A stretch of 64,000 nt of DNA from an uncultured Planctomycetota bacterium. Its GTDB lineage: Bacteria > Planctomycetota > Planctomycetia > Isosphaerales > Isosphaeraceae. The notes beneath the pieces were generated by a model. That model had not been told where the DNA came from and did no database searches. It saw nothing but the letters and a program-made list of their open reading frames with translations. Both the position numbers and the translations under genes were made by a program. This document shows positions 30,542 through 42,844 of this stretch, piece after piece. The number at the start of each line of letters is the position of its first letter. Positions within the stretch are counted from its first letter, which is position 1. The stretch covers positions 32,001-96,000 of the forward strand of contig CAWJTV010000003.1 in the NCBI GenBank assembly GCA_963845755.1. The letters are read 5' to 3'.

Positions 30542-32142
30542 GAATGGCACGTCCTGAAGGCGTAACCTCCTTGCAACACGGCGATTCCGGAGCGCATCCA
30601 TGAATTCCTTAGAGATCGCCGGCCCCGGCGGCCTCGCCGGCCGTCTCTCTGGCGGTGAAACGAGACCTCACTTGTCGGATGATGGGGGTGTCATCCACAC
30701 CATCACTCGCAAGGAGGTCTCTCATGGCCCAGTCTACCACACCGCGGTTCCGCGCCCCATTCCATCGCCTCCGCAACCCCGGGACCGTCCCACCGGAACT
30801 GGGCGTCGAGGAGATCCTCCCCAAGGCCACCGTCGAGCAGGTGCTCAAGGAGGAAGGGGGGCGCTGGAGGGCGAAGCTTTACACCCCCTATGTGACCTTC
30901 TGGGCCTTCTTCTGGCAGCGGCTCGCGCCGATCGCTCGTGCCGGGCGGCGCTGAAGCGGCTGTCCGCCTGGATGGCCGCGCACGGTCAGAAGCTCGACGC
31001 CGCCGACACCGGTCCCTACTGCAAGGCTCGGGCCCGGCTGCCGGAATCGGCCCTTCATTGCTTGATGCGACAACTTGGTGCCCAGACCTCTCAAGGGGCG
31101 GCCGAGGTCTGGCTGTGGTGCCGCCGCCGGGTCAAGATGGTCAACGGCAGCACGGCGATCATGGCCGATACCCTGGCCAACCAGAAGGCGTATCCCCAGC
31201 TCTCGTCCCAGAAGCCCGGGTTGGGCTTTCCGATCGCCCGGTTCGTGGTGATCTTCTGCCTGGCCACCGGGTCGGTGCTGGAGGCGGCCATCGGCAAGTA
31301 CCAGGGGAAGCAGACCGGGGAAAATGCCTTGTTTCGCGGCCTCCGGGACGAGTTGGAGCCGGGAGATGTGGTCCTGGGTGACCGTTATTATGGATCGTAT
31401 TTTGATATCGTACTGTTGCAGCAGCGTGGAGTGGATAGCGTGTTCCGGCTCCATCAACGGCGGAAGAGCGACTTTCGCCGGGGTCGGCGGTTGGGCCAGG
31501 GCGATCAGATCGTCAGATGGGACCGGCCGGCGCGTCCGGAGTGGATGGACGAAGCGACCTATGAGAGCGTCGCCGCGACGGTGGAGGTGCGGATCATCCG
31601 GATTCACGTCGAGCAGCGTGGCTTCCGCACGCGGGTGCTGGAGGTGGTCACGACGCTCTTGAATGCGGAGATCTACACCAAAAAAGATGTTGGGATATTG
31701 TATCGCAAGCGGTGGCACGTGGAGTTGGATCTGCGGTCGCTGAAGGTGGTGCTGGGGATCGACATGCTGGGGAGCAAGACGCCGGAGATGGTGCGCAAGG
31801 AGATTTGGATGGCGTGTTGGGATACAATGTGATCCGGGCGTTGATGGCGAGAGCGTCATTGGCCCACCGGCGCGAGCCGCGCCGGCTGAGTTTCAAGGGG
31901 GCGTTGCAGACGGTGCAGGAGTTCGGACCAGCCCTGCGGGAAGCGTCGGCGCCGGCTGGGCCGTGGCTCTGGCCCGTCGTCCTGAATTCGATCGCCGACG
32001 ACGAGGAGGGCTATCGCCCCGATCGAGTGGAACCGCGAGCCCGCAAACGCCGGCCCAAGCCGTACCCGTTGTTGACCGTGCCCCGGAAGCAAGCCAAAAC
32101 TGCTTTGCTCAATGCAGGTTAGGGCTTCAGGACGTGCCATTC
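30542..32142 (+). mobile_element. IS4-family insertion sequence (1,601 bp)
   Basis: IRs GAATGGCACGTCCTGAAGGCGTAACCT vs reverse complement GAATGGCACGTCCTGAAGCCCTAACCT (25/27); GATC directly repeated at 30538-30541 and 32143-32146. Confidence 0.92.
30724..32122 (+). CDS. IS4-family DDE transposase (frameshifts near 30930 and 31815)
   Basis: YCKARARLP, V(N/D)GST, LGDRYY, LYRKRWHVELDLRSLK, RPDRVEPRARKRRPKPY. Confidence 0.92.
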
Positions 32143-32233
32143 GATCCTGAATCCGTTTCGTTCCCAAACTCTGAGGCGTCCCGGTTGGGGCATCATCCCG
32201 TGGATGCCGCGGTCGAACCGAGGTAGATGGACC

Positions 32234-33605
32234 ATGCTCGGCCTGGAGGACTTCGCCGCCCATGTTGTCACGTCGGGACTGGTCCCGCCCGAGGTGCTGG
32301 CGCGAGTCCGGTCGGAGATGCCGCCCCGCTCGGGGGAGGACGGAGCCGTCGTCCTGGCCCGCCGGCTGATCCAGGACAAGTTGTTGACGGCGTTCCAGGC
32401 CAAGAAGATCCTCTCAGGGCGGACGAGCGGGTTCATCCTGGGCGGCTATCGGTTGCTCCGGCCGCTGGGCGAGGGGGGCATGGGGAAGGTCTACCTGGCC
32501 GAGGACGATCGTCGGGAACGGGTGGCCATCAAGGTGCTCCCGCCGCGCAAGGCCATGGAGGATGAGAACGCGCTGTTGCGGTTCCGCCGCGAGATGGACC
32601 TTTCCCAACGCTGCTCGCACCCCAATCTCGCCCGGACGCTCTCCGTGGGGAGCGAGGGGGATGTCCATTTCATGGTGATGGAGTACATCCCGGGAGAGAG
32701 CCTCTTCGACATGGTCAAGAGCCAGCGCGTCGGGCCGCTGCGCGTCCCCGATGCGGCCCGGCTGTTCCTGAAGCTGATCGACGGCCTGGCCGCCGCCCAC
32801 CGCGCGCGGGCTGATCCACCGCGACATCAAGCCCTCGAACGTCATGATCACCCCCGAGGGAGACGTGAAGCTCCTCGACCTCGGACTGGCCCGCGCCCTG
32901 GACGACGAGAAAGGATTGACGCGCGCCAACACCGTCCTCGGCACCCTGGACTACGCCAGCCCCGAACAACTCCGCGACGCCACCAAGGCCGACCGTCGGA
33001 GCGACCTCTACAGCCTGGGCTGCACCCTGTACTTCGCGATGGCCGGCCGGGCCCCGTTCGAGGGTGGGGACATGATCAACAAGATCTTCAAGCAGCGCAT
33101 GGAGGACCCCGAGCCGCTGGAGAGCCTGGCGCGGGGCGTGCCGTCGGCGTTCGCCGCGATCGTCCGCAAGCTGATGAGCAAGAAGCCCGAAGAGCGCTAC
33201 CAGGATTGTCCGGAGTTGAGGGCCGACCTGGTGCGGTGGACTGACCCCGAGCGCGTCCGCGCGATCCTCGGCGCCGAGGCCGAGGCCGCCCGGAGCTTCC
33301 GGCCTCCGCCCCCCGAACTCGACGAGGACGACCTCCGCCTCCTCGATATCGAGGATACCGAATCCCGGGATGGCATGTCCCTCCGCGGTCTGGGCGGCGC
33401 CGAGCCATCCGTGGCCCCGCGTCACCATCAACCTCCACAACCACTCCCCGCGATCTTCCGGTCCGCGCCTCCTCGCGATCCCCATTCCCCCGCCTTCCCG
33501 AACCGGGGGACCAGCGAAAACGCCTGGCTCGTCCAGTTTGCCCTGATCGCAATCGCCATCGGCCTGGTCGCCATCGTGATTATCTCGATCTGGTACCGCT
33601 CCTAG
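32234..33605 (+). CDS. Ser/Thr protein kinase with C-terminal TM (frameshift near 32805)
   Basis: LGEGGMGKVY, VAIK, IHRDIKPSN, DLGLAR, GTLDYASPEQ, SDLYSLG. Confidence 0.93.
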
Positions 33606-33609
33606 ACGG

Positions 33610-33625
33610 TTGGCGCGCGGTTTGC
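33610..33625 (+). promoter_or_regulatory. Sigma-54 (-24/-12) promoter
   Basis: TTGGCGCGCGGTTTGC with GG-N10-GC spacing, 60 bp upstream of a small ORF. Confidence 0.5.
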
Positions 33626-33684
33626 CATCTATCGCAATTCCGCCGCAAACGTCAGAAATGGACCGTTTTTACCGAGGTTTTCTC

Positions 33685-33909
33685 ATGCCCATCCTCGCCT
33701 CGAGCCCAACGACCGCCCCGATTGACGGCATGTTTGCCCCAGATACGGGCAACCGGGGCATCGATGGTGTTGTCGAAATCAACCTGCTGCTGCCATCTCA
33801 GTGGGCCGAGCATCTCATGGCGCTCTCCAGGGAGCGTCGGCAAAGTGTCGGCGAGATCCTTCGCTTAATAATCGGGCACGCCTTGCATGACCGTTCCGTG
33901 CAATCTTGA
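33685..33909 (+). CDS. Small hypothetical protein, ribbon-helix-helix-like
   Basis: GAGG SD; VVEINLLLP strand followed by helices ending SVGEILRLII. Confidence 0.6.
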   Translation: MPILASSPTTAPIDGMFAPDTGNRGIDGVVEINLLLPSQWAEHLMALSRERRQSVGEILRLIIGHALHDRSVQS

Positions 33910-34128
33910 CAACGCGGGCCTGCGACCAACACCGATCGTCAAACGCGCTGATTTTGCCGTTCGGTCGCACTTTCGCGCCGCGCTCACCCGAATTGTTTCT
34001 CTATGAGTCCATGCGCGCCAGCGAGGGTGTTTCCCATTACCTCGCAAGGATTTACGCTGACACTCGATGGCACTTGGGGCTGGTAAGGTCCCGGGCGGAT
34101 CGCGGGTAAACCCATTCCTGCCGGTTGC

Positions 34129-34348
34129 GTAAACGATTGTATAGGAAAACTCTTGCGAGACCTCGATGCTCGGGAGAGAATCGAGTGGTGTGAACTTTCG
34201 CGGAACACCACTCGGCGCGACGGCTCTAACCCATGGATCAAACCAGCCATTGTGCGGATGACGTACTCGACCGATTTCATCCGTCGGTGTCATCGTGGTT
34301 CCGCGAGCAGTTCGGCGAGCCCACCCCGCGAAGCGGCTGGGCTGACCG
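34129..34348 (+). pseudogene. Truncated duplicate of the lhr promoter and 5' end (left island junction)
   Basis: MDQTSHCADDVLDRFHPSVSSWFREQFGEPTP vs MNQPDDRADDVLDRFHPAVSSWFREQFGEPTP at 48493; 28-bp identical core; ends TGG->TGA. Confidence 0.92.
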
Positions 34349-34479
34349 CCCCCGAACTCCCGCGTGACGGTGAACTCGGTCCGCAGATCACCTGGCCGCG
34401 GAACAGGTCGCAGATCGATTCGATCGCAGCGAGCTGGGAGTCCAGATTGGATTCGAAGTGCAGTTTCATGGTGCGTCAC

Positions 34480-35556
34480 CTATTCCAATGTGTCCGGCTT
34501 CTTCGGGGGCTGTTTCTTCTTCTTCCTGGGCGGGCGAGCCTCGGCGGTGTTTTCGAGCGACTTCAGGTTTATCCGCTCGCCTTCGGCCTCGAGCAGCGTC
34601 CTGCGGCGAGCGGCGAATCGCTCGTATTCGGCTTCAGCATGGACATCAGCGTCATTCTTGCTGATCGATCCAGCGTTGGCGAGCACGGCGCGCTGTTGAA
34701 GACGAGGAATTCATCCAGCTTCGTCTCCCAGTCCTTCAAGAACACCTGCTTGCGGCGGCGGGCCTGATCCTCGGCGAAGTCGAGCCACATCGTCACGATG
34801 CGGTTCAGCTCGCGGATTTCCTCTTCGCTCAGGTAGTTCTTGGCAATGGTCACATCGTGCTTGCGGACGGCATCGCCCTTCCAGGTCGTCAGCCCCATGT
34901 TCGGAAGGGCGTGATTGGCCCGTCGGGCGATCAGCTCCCGCGGCGGTCTGGCCGGTCGCGGCGAAATGCAGCTTGTTCTGGATGATCTTGAAGAATTCGA
35001 TGGTCACTTTGGGCAGGGTCGTAATCGGCAGCCAGGGCAAAGATCTCCTTGACCCGCAGGTACATCCGGCGCTCGCTGCGCGGATGTCACGAATCCGCTC
35101 CAGCAACTCGTCGAAGTAATCCGGAACGCCGGTCCCCTCGACGGGCGGGTTCTTGAGCCGCTCGTCGTCCATCGTGAATCCCTTGACGAGATACTCCCGC
35201 AACCGCTCCGTCGCCCAGCGGCGGAACTGCGTCCCGCGCGATGAACGGACCCGGTAACCGACTGCCAGAATTACGTCCAAGCTATAGTGCTCGATCTCCC
35301 TGGCCACCTCCCGTTTGCCTTCCCGGCGAACTATCCGGAATTTCCGGACAGTTGCCGCCTCGGCCAACTCGTCTTCCTCGTAGATATTCTGCAAATGCTC
35401 GTTGATCGTCCGAACGTCCTTCTGGAAAAACTCGGCGATCTGTGCCTGCGTCAACCAGATCGTCTCATGCTCAAAACGGCAGTCGATGCGCGTTCGACCA
35501 TCCTCGGTCTGATAGAGAAGAATCTCGCCTTCGGGCGGAAACAAGGGCATCGACAT
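34480..35556 (-). CDS. rhuM: RhuM family protein (several frameshifts)
   Basis: ILLYQTEDG, ETIWLTQAQIAE, ILAVGYRVRSSRGTQFRRWAT, YFDELLERIRDIR, QNKLHFA, MGLTTWKG, AKNYL. Confidence 0.92.
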
Positions 35557-35712
35557 GGCGAGTGTCCTGATGCGTTCCTGGTTACGGCGTCGCGAGTGGG
35601 GTGCCACGCTGATTTTGCCGACGGTGTCGGCAGAATCTCCGGTGGGCCACTCGCAGGCATCTTACAGGCTCCTCACGGGGGAAAGCCGGTGTCAATGGGA
35701 AAGCTGGTGTCA

Positions 35713-35867
35713 TAGCATCAGGTAAGCTCGAGGAAGGAGGAAGAGACTCGAACTCGGAAACCTTTCAATGCAACCCTTCGGGTTAACGAATCCCGCCCGG
35801 CAGAGCTTAGCCAGCAGCCGGAAGCGAGTCTTGCGTGGTGGCGGGTAACCTCCACTGCGAAGCGTAG
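35713..35867 (+). ncRNA. Group II intron 5' fragment (partial domain I), no RT
   Basis: Degenerate 5' end TAGCATCAGGTAAGCTCGAGGAAGGAGG and motif GCCAGCAGCCGGAAGCGAGTCTTGCGTGG..CACTGCGAAGCGTAG recalled from bacterial group II intron 5' regions. Confidence 0.7.
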
Positions 35868-36246
35868 TGGCTATAGAAATCTTTCCTTTGGTCTGACCCC
35901 GACTTTCCCTTTCGCCACGCTGGATCCCCGGGGCCAATCGGATGGCTTGGGCAATGCTATTCCCCACCGGCCTAGTGGGTCCAGATTACGAAATTGTCCG
36001 GCAACAATCGCAACTCCCTGGTTTTCCAGGTTTTTCGATGTGAGAAGGGACGTTCGCGGATGGTTTCTAAGCAGCTCTGAGGAATTGGGGAATTTGTCGC
36101 ACCTTGACGGCAGCGTAAGTCCCGAGTAGAACCTCTGTTGAAGCGCCCGACAATCCTAGGCCCTCAATTTTTTTCTTCGCACCTCATGACTTTTCGGGCC
36201 TTTCCCGGTATAAGGTCCACTTACCGGAAGTTCCAGGGGCCCATCG

Positions 36247-36604
36247 ATGCATGTGCCGAGCCACCCCACGCTGGTCCGTCGGATGCTCGACCGCCGCCTC
36301 AAGCAACTGGCTCCGGCTGGGCCGCTCCTGGCGGCCAGCCTGGCCCAGGTGCAGAAACGTTGCGGCCAGCCCCTCCTGCGCCTGCCACCACGGTGGCCCG
36401 TTGCACTCCGCCCACCACCTCACCTTCTCGGAGGGGGGTAAGACTCGCACGGTGTATGTGCCCCAGGACCTGCTCACGGAGGTCCAAGAATGGGTGCAAG
36501 AACACCAACGTCTCAAAGGCCTGATCCACGAAATCAGCCAGTTGACCCTGGCCTTGATCCAGGGCCACGTCTCGCACCGAAAGCGGCGGCGGGGACGACG
36601 CTAA
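36247..36604 (+). CDS. DUF6788-like IS accessory protein (frameshift near 36370)
   Basis: KRCG..SCACHHGGPLH Cys/His motif and GGKTRTVYVP. Confidence 0.8.
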
Positions 36605-36621
36605 ACATCGGACCTATCCTG

Positions 36622-37963
36622 GTGCGAACCCTGGGTCACTTCTTCCCCGATCTCAACACCTGGATCGATGCGATCGATGACCCGCGGTTTGCCCCCTTGG
36701 TGATCTACCACAAGCGGTTCCTGCTGTGGTGGGGGCTGAGTTTGTTCCTGTGCAAGTTGAGCAGCCGGCGCCAACTGGACTACCAGTTGAACACCGACGG
36801 CCCGGAGGTCCTGCCCAATCTCAATCGTCTGGCGGGTACGGCGGAAGAGAGCCGGCCGGTGAACCAGACCTTGGAGTACTTCCTGGGGAAAATCGGCCCC
36901 GACCCCATCGCCGGGTTGCGGCAGCGGATGGTCCAGCGGTTGATCCGCATGAAGGCTCTGGACGCGGCGCGCTGCAGGGGCGGTTCGTCGTCTTGATAGA
37001 CGGCTCGGGCTATCTGGTGTTTCACTCCCGGCATTGCGACGATTGCCTGACCCAGCCGCACGGTGCGACGACGCTATATATGCACGAGGTGCTGGAGGCC
37101 AAGGTGCTGGCCGGCCGGCACGGTCATCTCGATCGCCAGTGAGTTCATCGACAACCACGACGGCGCCAGTGCCCCAGCGGGTGCCAGCGCGGAACGGATC
37201 AAGCAGGATTGCGAGTTGAAGGCCTTGCGACGCCTGGTGGAGAAGTTGCGGATCGAGTTCCCGCAGTTGCGGATTTGCCTCGGCGGTGACGGCCTGTATG
37301 CCTGCGGAGAAGGATTCCAGGATCGCCAAAGATTATCGATGCGACTACATTTACACGTTTCAGCCTGGACAACTTCCCGCCCTCTGGGCGAAATTCCAGG
37401 GGTTGCTGCGGTTGTGTCCCGACCAGCGCGTGGAACGGATGACGCCGCAAGGGGTCCGGCAGGTCTATCGCTGGATCAACGGCCTGCACTACAGGGACAG
37501 TGATGGTCGGGACTGGACCATCAACGCTCTGGAGTGCACCGAGACGGGCAAGGAGGGAAAGCAGACGGAATGGTCGTGGGTGACCTCTCTGGATTTGAGC
37601 CACGAGACTGTGGTGGAAGTAGCGACCAACGGAGGGAGGGCACGCTGGCGCGAGGAGAACGAGGAATTTAACAGCCAGAAGAACAGTGGCCTGAACCTGG
37701 AACATGCCTACAGCCACAGATGCTGGCCGGCCTACTATTTCCTGTTGCAGAACGCCCATCTGCTGCTGCAACTGGTGGAGAAGGGGAGCCTGTTGCGGCA
37801 CCTGGCCCAAGAGCAGGGGAAGCGAACGGCCGTGGAGCTGTTCGGCTCGTTGAAGAACATGGCGCAACGATTGTTGGAGAGCCTGCGGTTTCGACACTGG
37901 CCGGACGAGGTCTTCGAGCCGGCCGGAGCCGGGCCGATCCAGATCCGACTGGACAGCAGTTAG
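36622..37963 (+). CDS. DDE transposase (ISNCY/IS4-like), multiple frameshifts
   Basis: IDDPR, LIDGSG..HCDDCL, KQDCELKA, GDGLYAC, GRARWREENEEFNSQKNSG..LEHAY. Confidence 0.85.
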
Positions 37964-38559
37964 CCGCCGGTGGCGGGTGGGCGTGTTCCAGGTTCAGCCG
38001 GGTTCTTCAGGGTCTGATAGCGGTCGCACTCGAAGCCGCCTTCAAGCCCGTCCCTTACGGCCATTGCCGGCCCTCGGTCGCCATCCACGCGGCTTCCGCG
38101 TGCCGGCCTACCGCCCGAGGGGCGGATTTCTCAGGCCTGGTTTCTAAGCCTCTCCATGGTCTAGCATTTCTCCAAATCTGTTATCATAAATGGTTCGGGG
38201 CTCGGTCACGGGATGAACGCGGACCACCCCGAGCCGGCCCTCGAGGTTGCGACATTTGACGTGAGGGTGTTTCGGGCAGGGCCCCTGGTCTTGGCCGTCA
38301 GTCTTGAGCGGCGTGGTCTGGCGGGCGCGTCGAGAGGGTCGCACCAGCGGTCTCCGCGCGGTCGCGCGAGGCGAGGTAGCCGGTGATTCGTTCGTGGGAG
38401 TCGGACATCAAGAAAGGCCCGGAAGGGGCAAGTGAGCGAGTCCAACAGGCCTTTCATTGCCGCTCGCAACACTCAAGTGCGGCACACTCGGATGACAGGT
38501 AAGTCCCGAAGGGGAGGCCTTGCTCGGCGCTCGTGCATACTAACCCAGGGAGTAGTCTC

Positions 38560-41500
38560 GTGAGCTCGTCTACCCGCTCCAGTGTCGGCGTGAGTCAGAT
38601 CGGCGAGTACATCAAGCCGCAGCTCCTGCGAGCGTCGGCTCAAGCTCGATGTCGATGCGCGGCCGATCATGGAGAAGCTCCCCTACTACGCGAGCGTCTT
38701 CAACAACCTCGATCCCATCTTGCTAGAGAAAGGCCGGGAAAGCGAGGACGCCTGGGAGCAATCTCTAAAAGCGAGAAGCGTGAGTGACCTCACCGGCTTT
38801 GACACCCGATCAGACCGCGACAAAGCGACCCCTTGGGATCAGTTCCTCGTCTCGCTCGCTGCCGTCAGAGAGGGTCAGCAGGCGTACGGTCGCGAGATCG
38901 AGATCGCCGTCGATTTCGACGGTCTGCCACTCACGGGACGCATCGACTTCGTGCTGGTTCTCTGGCTGGACGGTAAACCGAGGCTTCGCCTCATCGAATG
39001 CAAATCGAGCCGCCGGGATCGGACCTATCACCGGCTTCAGGTGGCGATCTACGGGAGGATGGTGCGGCAGCTCCTTACCGCATCGCCCGCTGTGTGCTCC
39101 GGTATTCCTGTCGAGGTGGAGCACACGGAATGTGTCGTGGCCCGGCTCGACGAGGATACGAATGTGCGACAGGACATACTCTCGTTGCCGCGGTTGGACC
39201 TCTGGATGATGAACGCGGATCTCGACAGGCTTCTGGCTCCCGGCGGAGCAATTTCGCGCGTCTTATCGTCACGGCTAGAGGACTTGAGCTACTGCATCGA
39301 ACAGAAGTGCGACGATTGCCGTTTCAATATTCATTGCCTGCCAGAGAGTGCACGGCTCCGCCGTCCCGAGCTGCTCGGCCTTGCATCCTCGACGGTGGAG
39401 GCACTGCAACGAGCTGGGATCAACACCCTAGACGATCTAGCGGACCTCGACCCCACGAGCGATCCGGCCTCCGCAGTTCGCAGAGACCACTCGTTTTACG
39501 AGAGCCTCGACATCCTGATCCAAAAGGCGAGAGCACGGAGATCGACGCTCCCGCGTGGCGACTCGCACCCCGATAATTACGAGGTTCAGTCTCTTTCATT
39601 CAACTCCCAGAGCCAGCCTCCCACCCCACCAGATTGCGCCCACCATCTCATCCGCGTCTACATGGGGGTTCATTACGATTACACCGAAAACCGAGTTGGC
39701 GCCTCAAGCGCCCACGTCTCCCGTGGTGAGTGGGAGGTCCATACGCCCGTGTCCTGGGACGGCGATCCGCCTCGCCCGACCTGGCACCACGATGTCGTCG
39801 AGATTCGTGAGCAGGGACGGGACCACGACAATCATCCGATCTTCGAGGAGAGAGCTTTACAGGGACGGGACGTCCTGCGCCTTCAGGCCTCACCGTGGGC
39901 GGTCAATTTCGACCGCGACAACGCATCCGAGGCCTCCCTGCTCACGGGGTTCTTCAATGACCTGGTGGCGGCGATCCGGAGTGTAGCCGGAACCGACACC
40001 GACGCTCCCATTCATTTCTACGTATGGTCCCGCGGGGAGGTCACGCACCTGATCGAGGCATTCACGCGCACCGGCATCCCCCTCCATGCGCTCAACCAAC
40101 TCCTTGGCCTTCGCGAGGGCTCGGAGCAGCTAATCTTTTCTTGTCTGCACGACGAGGCGGATAGACGCTTCGGCCTCGGCTGGACCAGTCGCGGGCTAGT
40201 GGTCGCTGCCGGTCTGAAATGGTTCGGGAGGCGATTTCATTGGCATCGGCGCGTCGGCGGAGACGAGATCGACTTAGAGCTGCGATTTAGGCAGGACGTA
40301 TTCGACTACAAGAGGAATTTGCCCTTGGATGCCGCCGGAAACTGGGCGAAGGACGAGGCAAGAGTCTCCCAGCATCCGTTCGAGATCCGGAGCCGTTTCG
40401 GTGATTCACTGCCCGCGCCTTACTGGCGGGCCTACTGGGGTACGCTTCATTTCCCGCCCAATGCGGACCACCTCGTGCGGGGCCAGATCAACCGATACCT
40501 CGAAGGCGGGCGGCCTGGGATCCTGGAAGCTTACCTCGGCGGCACGCACCCATGCCCTTCGTTGGGTCGAAGAGCGGGTGAAGCGCAAGAACCCCGAGAT
40601 CCACAAGCCGCCCTTTGTTCTCGCGGACCTCCCGGCGTTCAACCTGGGTGTCAACGACGTCGGACGGGCGGCCATCGATTTCCTGCGCTTGGACCACAGA
40701 GTCAAGCTTAATGACTGGGTCGCCGCCCAGCTCATGCCCCCATCGCTCCGCGTGTTGCGCGGCCGAACGATCCCGATCACGAACCTCTCCTATCCTAGCA
40801 ATAACGTCGTGATCGGCACGATTCATCTCGCCGGTTGCGAGGTCGATCTCAAGGGTCTGCGCGATCGCTGCGACCTCAAGGAGGGGGATTTCGTTCGCGT
40901 CTCTCCGTGCAGCGATACGGGCGATCTGGGTAGGGGGCAGACCATTAAACAACTGACGTCCGGCGTGGGCCACAACGGCTACATTGAGAGGATCGATTGG
41001 CAACGGGGTGAGGTCGAGATCCGGGTGATCCCCAGCTACCAAGGGGCCACCTTCTATATCCTCCAGTCTCGGAACGTCAGACCCACCGACCCGCCACTAG
41101 CGTTCGAAACGATTGACGCGGGCATCTCAGATTACGTCGCAGGGCGCGTGGAGGCGCGTTTCGGCGGGGGCCGGTACGCACGTGCTCGGGTGGCTCGACC
41201 CCCGCAAACCGGTCATCCCTCCTCATGCTCCCCTGCCAGCCGGCCAGCGGACGCTCTTCGAGGACGTCCTTACCCGACTGGTGGACGATCTCGCAAGCGG
41301 ACCGAAGCAGTTGCTTAACGACGAGCAGAGCGCGGTGGCGTTGGACGGACTGTCCTCCCGCGTGCAGCCTGCTACAAGGCCCTCCCGGCACGGGCAAGAC
41401 CCAGACGACCGCCTCCGCGCTCCTGCTGCGGATCCTTGCCAGGCGGCGACCTGGGACACCCCGGACAAATAGCCGACCGTCTTCGGCCGGTGACATCGTG

Positions 41501-42777
41501 CTGGTGGCCGCCCACACTCACAACGCCGTCAACCAGCTGCTCGTCAGACTTTGCCGTCTTCAAGCCCCCTTCCATAGGGCCGCGTCCGAAGCGGGTGCGA
41601 TGTTGCCTACCACCGTGCTGGCCAAGGTCTTCACCAGCTCGGAGGGGATGGAGCCGCTCGAGATCTGCGTCGATGAGGTCACCGGGCGGATGATCCGTCT
41701 CCCCGTGCAGACGTTCGCCACCGACAAATGTACCAGTAAGATCAATGATTTCCGCAAAAACGCCGTGCTCGTCATCGCCGGGACGACGGGGCCATCTTGA
41801 AGATGGTGGAAGAGCTGAAGGGTAAAGCGGCCTTCCCGAACGGGCTCACTACTCCACTCCTCGTCGTCGATGAGGCCAGTATGCTTGCCTTCCCCCACTT
41901 CCTGGCCCTCGCCACCCTCATCGAGCCAAATGGCGAGATGTTGCTCGCCGGCGACCACCGGCAGCTCTCCCCGATCGTGGCACACGACTGGGAGAACGAG
42001 GACCGACCGACCGTTGAGATGTTCAAGCCGCACTTGAGCGCTTACGAGGCACTGGACGGGTTGAAGACCCATTCAGCCTTGCCCGATGAGGCCATCTTCC
42101 GGCGAGCTCGAGCACACATTTCGCCTTCCCGACATCATCCGCAGGCTGATCGAGCCGACTTACGCGAGAGACCGTATTGCACTTAAGGGCCGCCCGCACG
42201 TCCCGGAGCACGTTAATTTCGCGGCGGAGACGGACCCGTGGAGGAGGCCGTGGCTCTCGTCAAGCGGCCTCTTCCTGGTGTCTCATGACGACCGCCGGTC
42301 TCGAAGAGTGAACCCTGTCGAGCTTGAAGCGGTCGAGCGGCTGGTGCGATCCTGTCCCGGTGCAGGGGCGGGGACGATTGCGATCATCACCCCTCACCGC
42401 GCCAAAGGAACGAGCTGCAGCAGCACTTGAACGACGTATACGGGCCAGGGCGACAGATCAAGATCATCGACACCGTCGAGAAGCTACAGGGGGCCGAGGC
42501 CCCGACCATCATCGTGACAGCCACTGCGAGCGACCCATCGGCGATCGGCAGAAACGTCGATTTCATCCTCAGCCTGAATCGGGCAAACGTCGCCTTCTCG
42601 CACACCATGAAGCGGCTGGTCGTGGTTTGCGCGGACTCGCTCCTCGACCACATCCCTGTCGAGGTCGATCAGTATGACGACACGGTCTTGTGGAAGACGC
42701 TCAGGCTGCTCTGCTCTCGTGAGATCGCTTCGGTTCCCATCGACAGTTTCATCGCGAGAATCCGTACGACGCGGTGA
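38560..42777 (+). CDS. Dna2-like Fe-S PD-(D/E)XK nuclease fused to UPF1/NAM7-type SF1 helicase (several frameshifts)
   Basis: SCERRL + CDDCRFNIHC Cys set; GRIDF..IECKSS..LQVAIY nuclease; QGPPGTGKT, VVDEAS, AGDHRQL, TFRLP, TVEKLQGAE, RANVAFS helicase motifs. Confidence 0.85.
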
Positions 42778-42844
42778 GCCGAGTTCCTCGAGGGCGACGG
42801 GTCATGGGGCTAGCGAAACCGCCCCAACCCGGTGCTACACGCGG

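Larger units (their letters stand above)
36156..38140 (+). mobile_element. IS-like element (DUF6788 ORF + DDE transposase, ISNCY-like); ends approximate
   Basis: Two-ORF organisation; only weak terminal similarity (CTAGGCC / GGCCTGG). Confidence 0.65.

Noticed and set aside
30724..37963. Programmed ribosomal frameshifting in the transposases
   Set aside because: No slippery motifs at the breaks, several breaks per gene, and the same indel rate in housekeeping genes.
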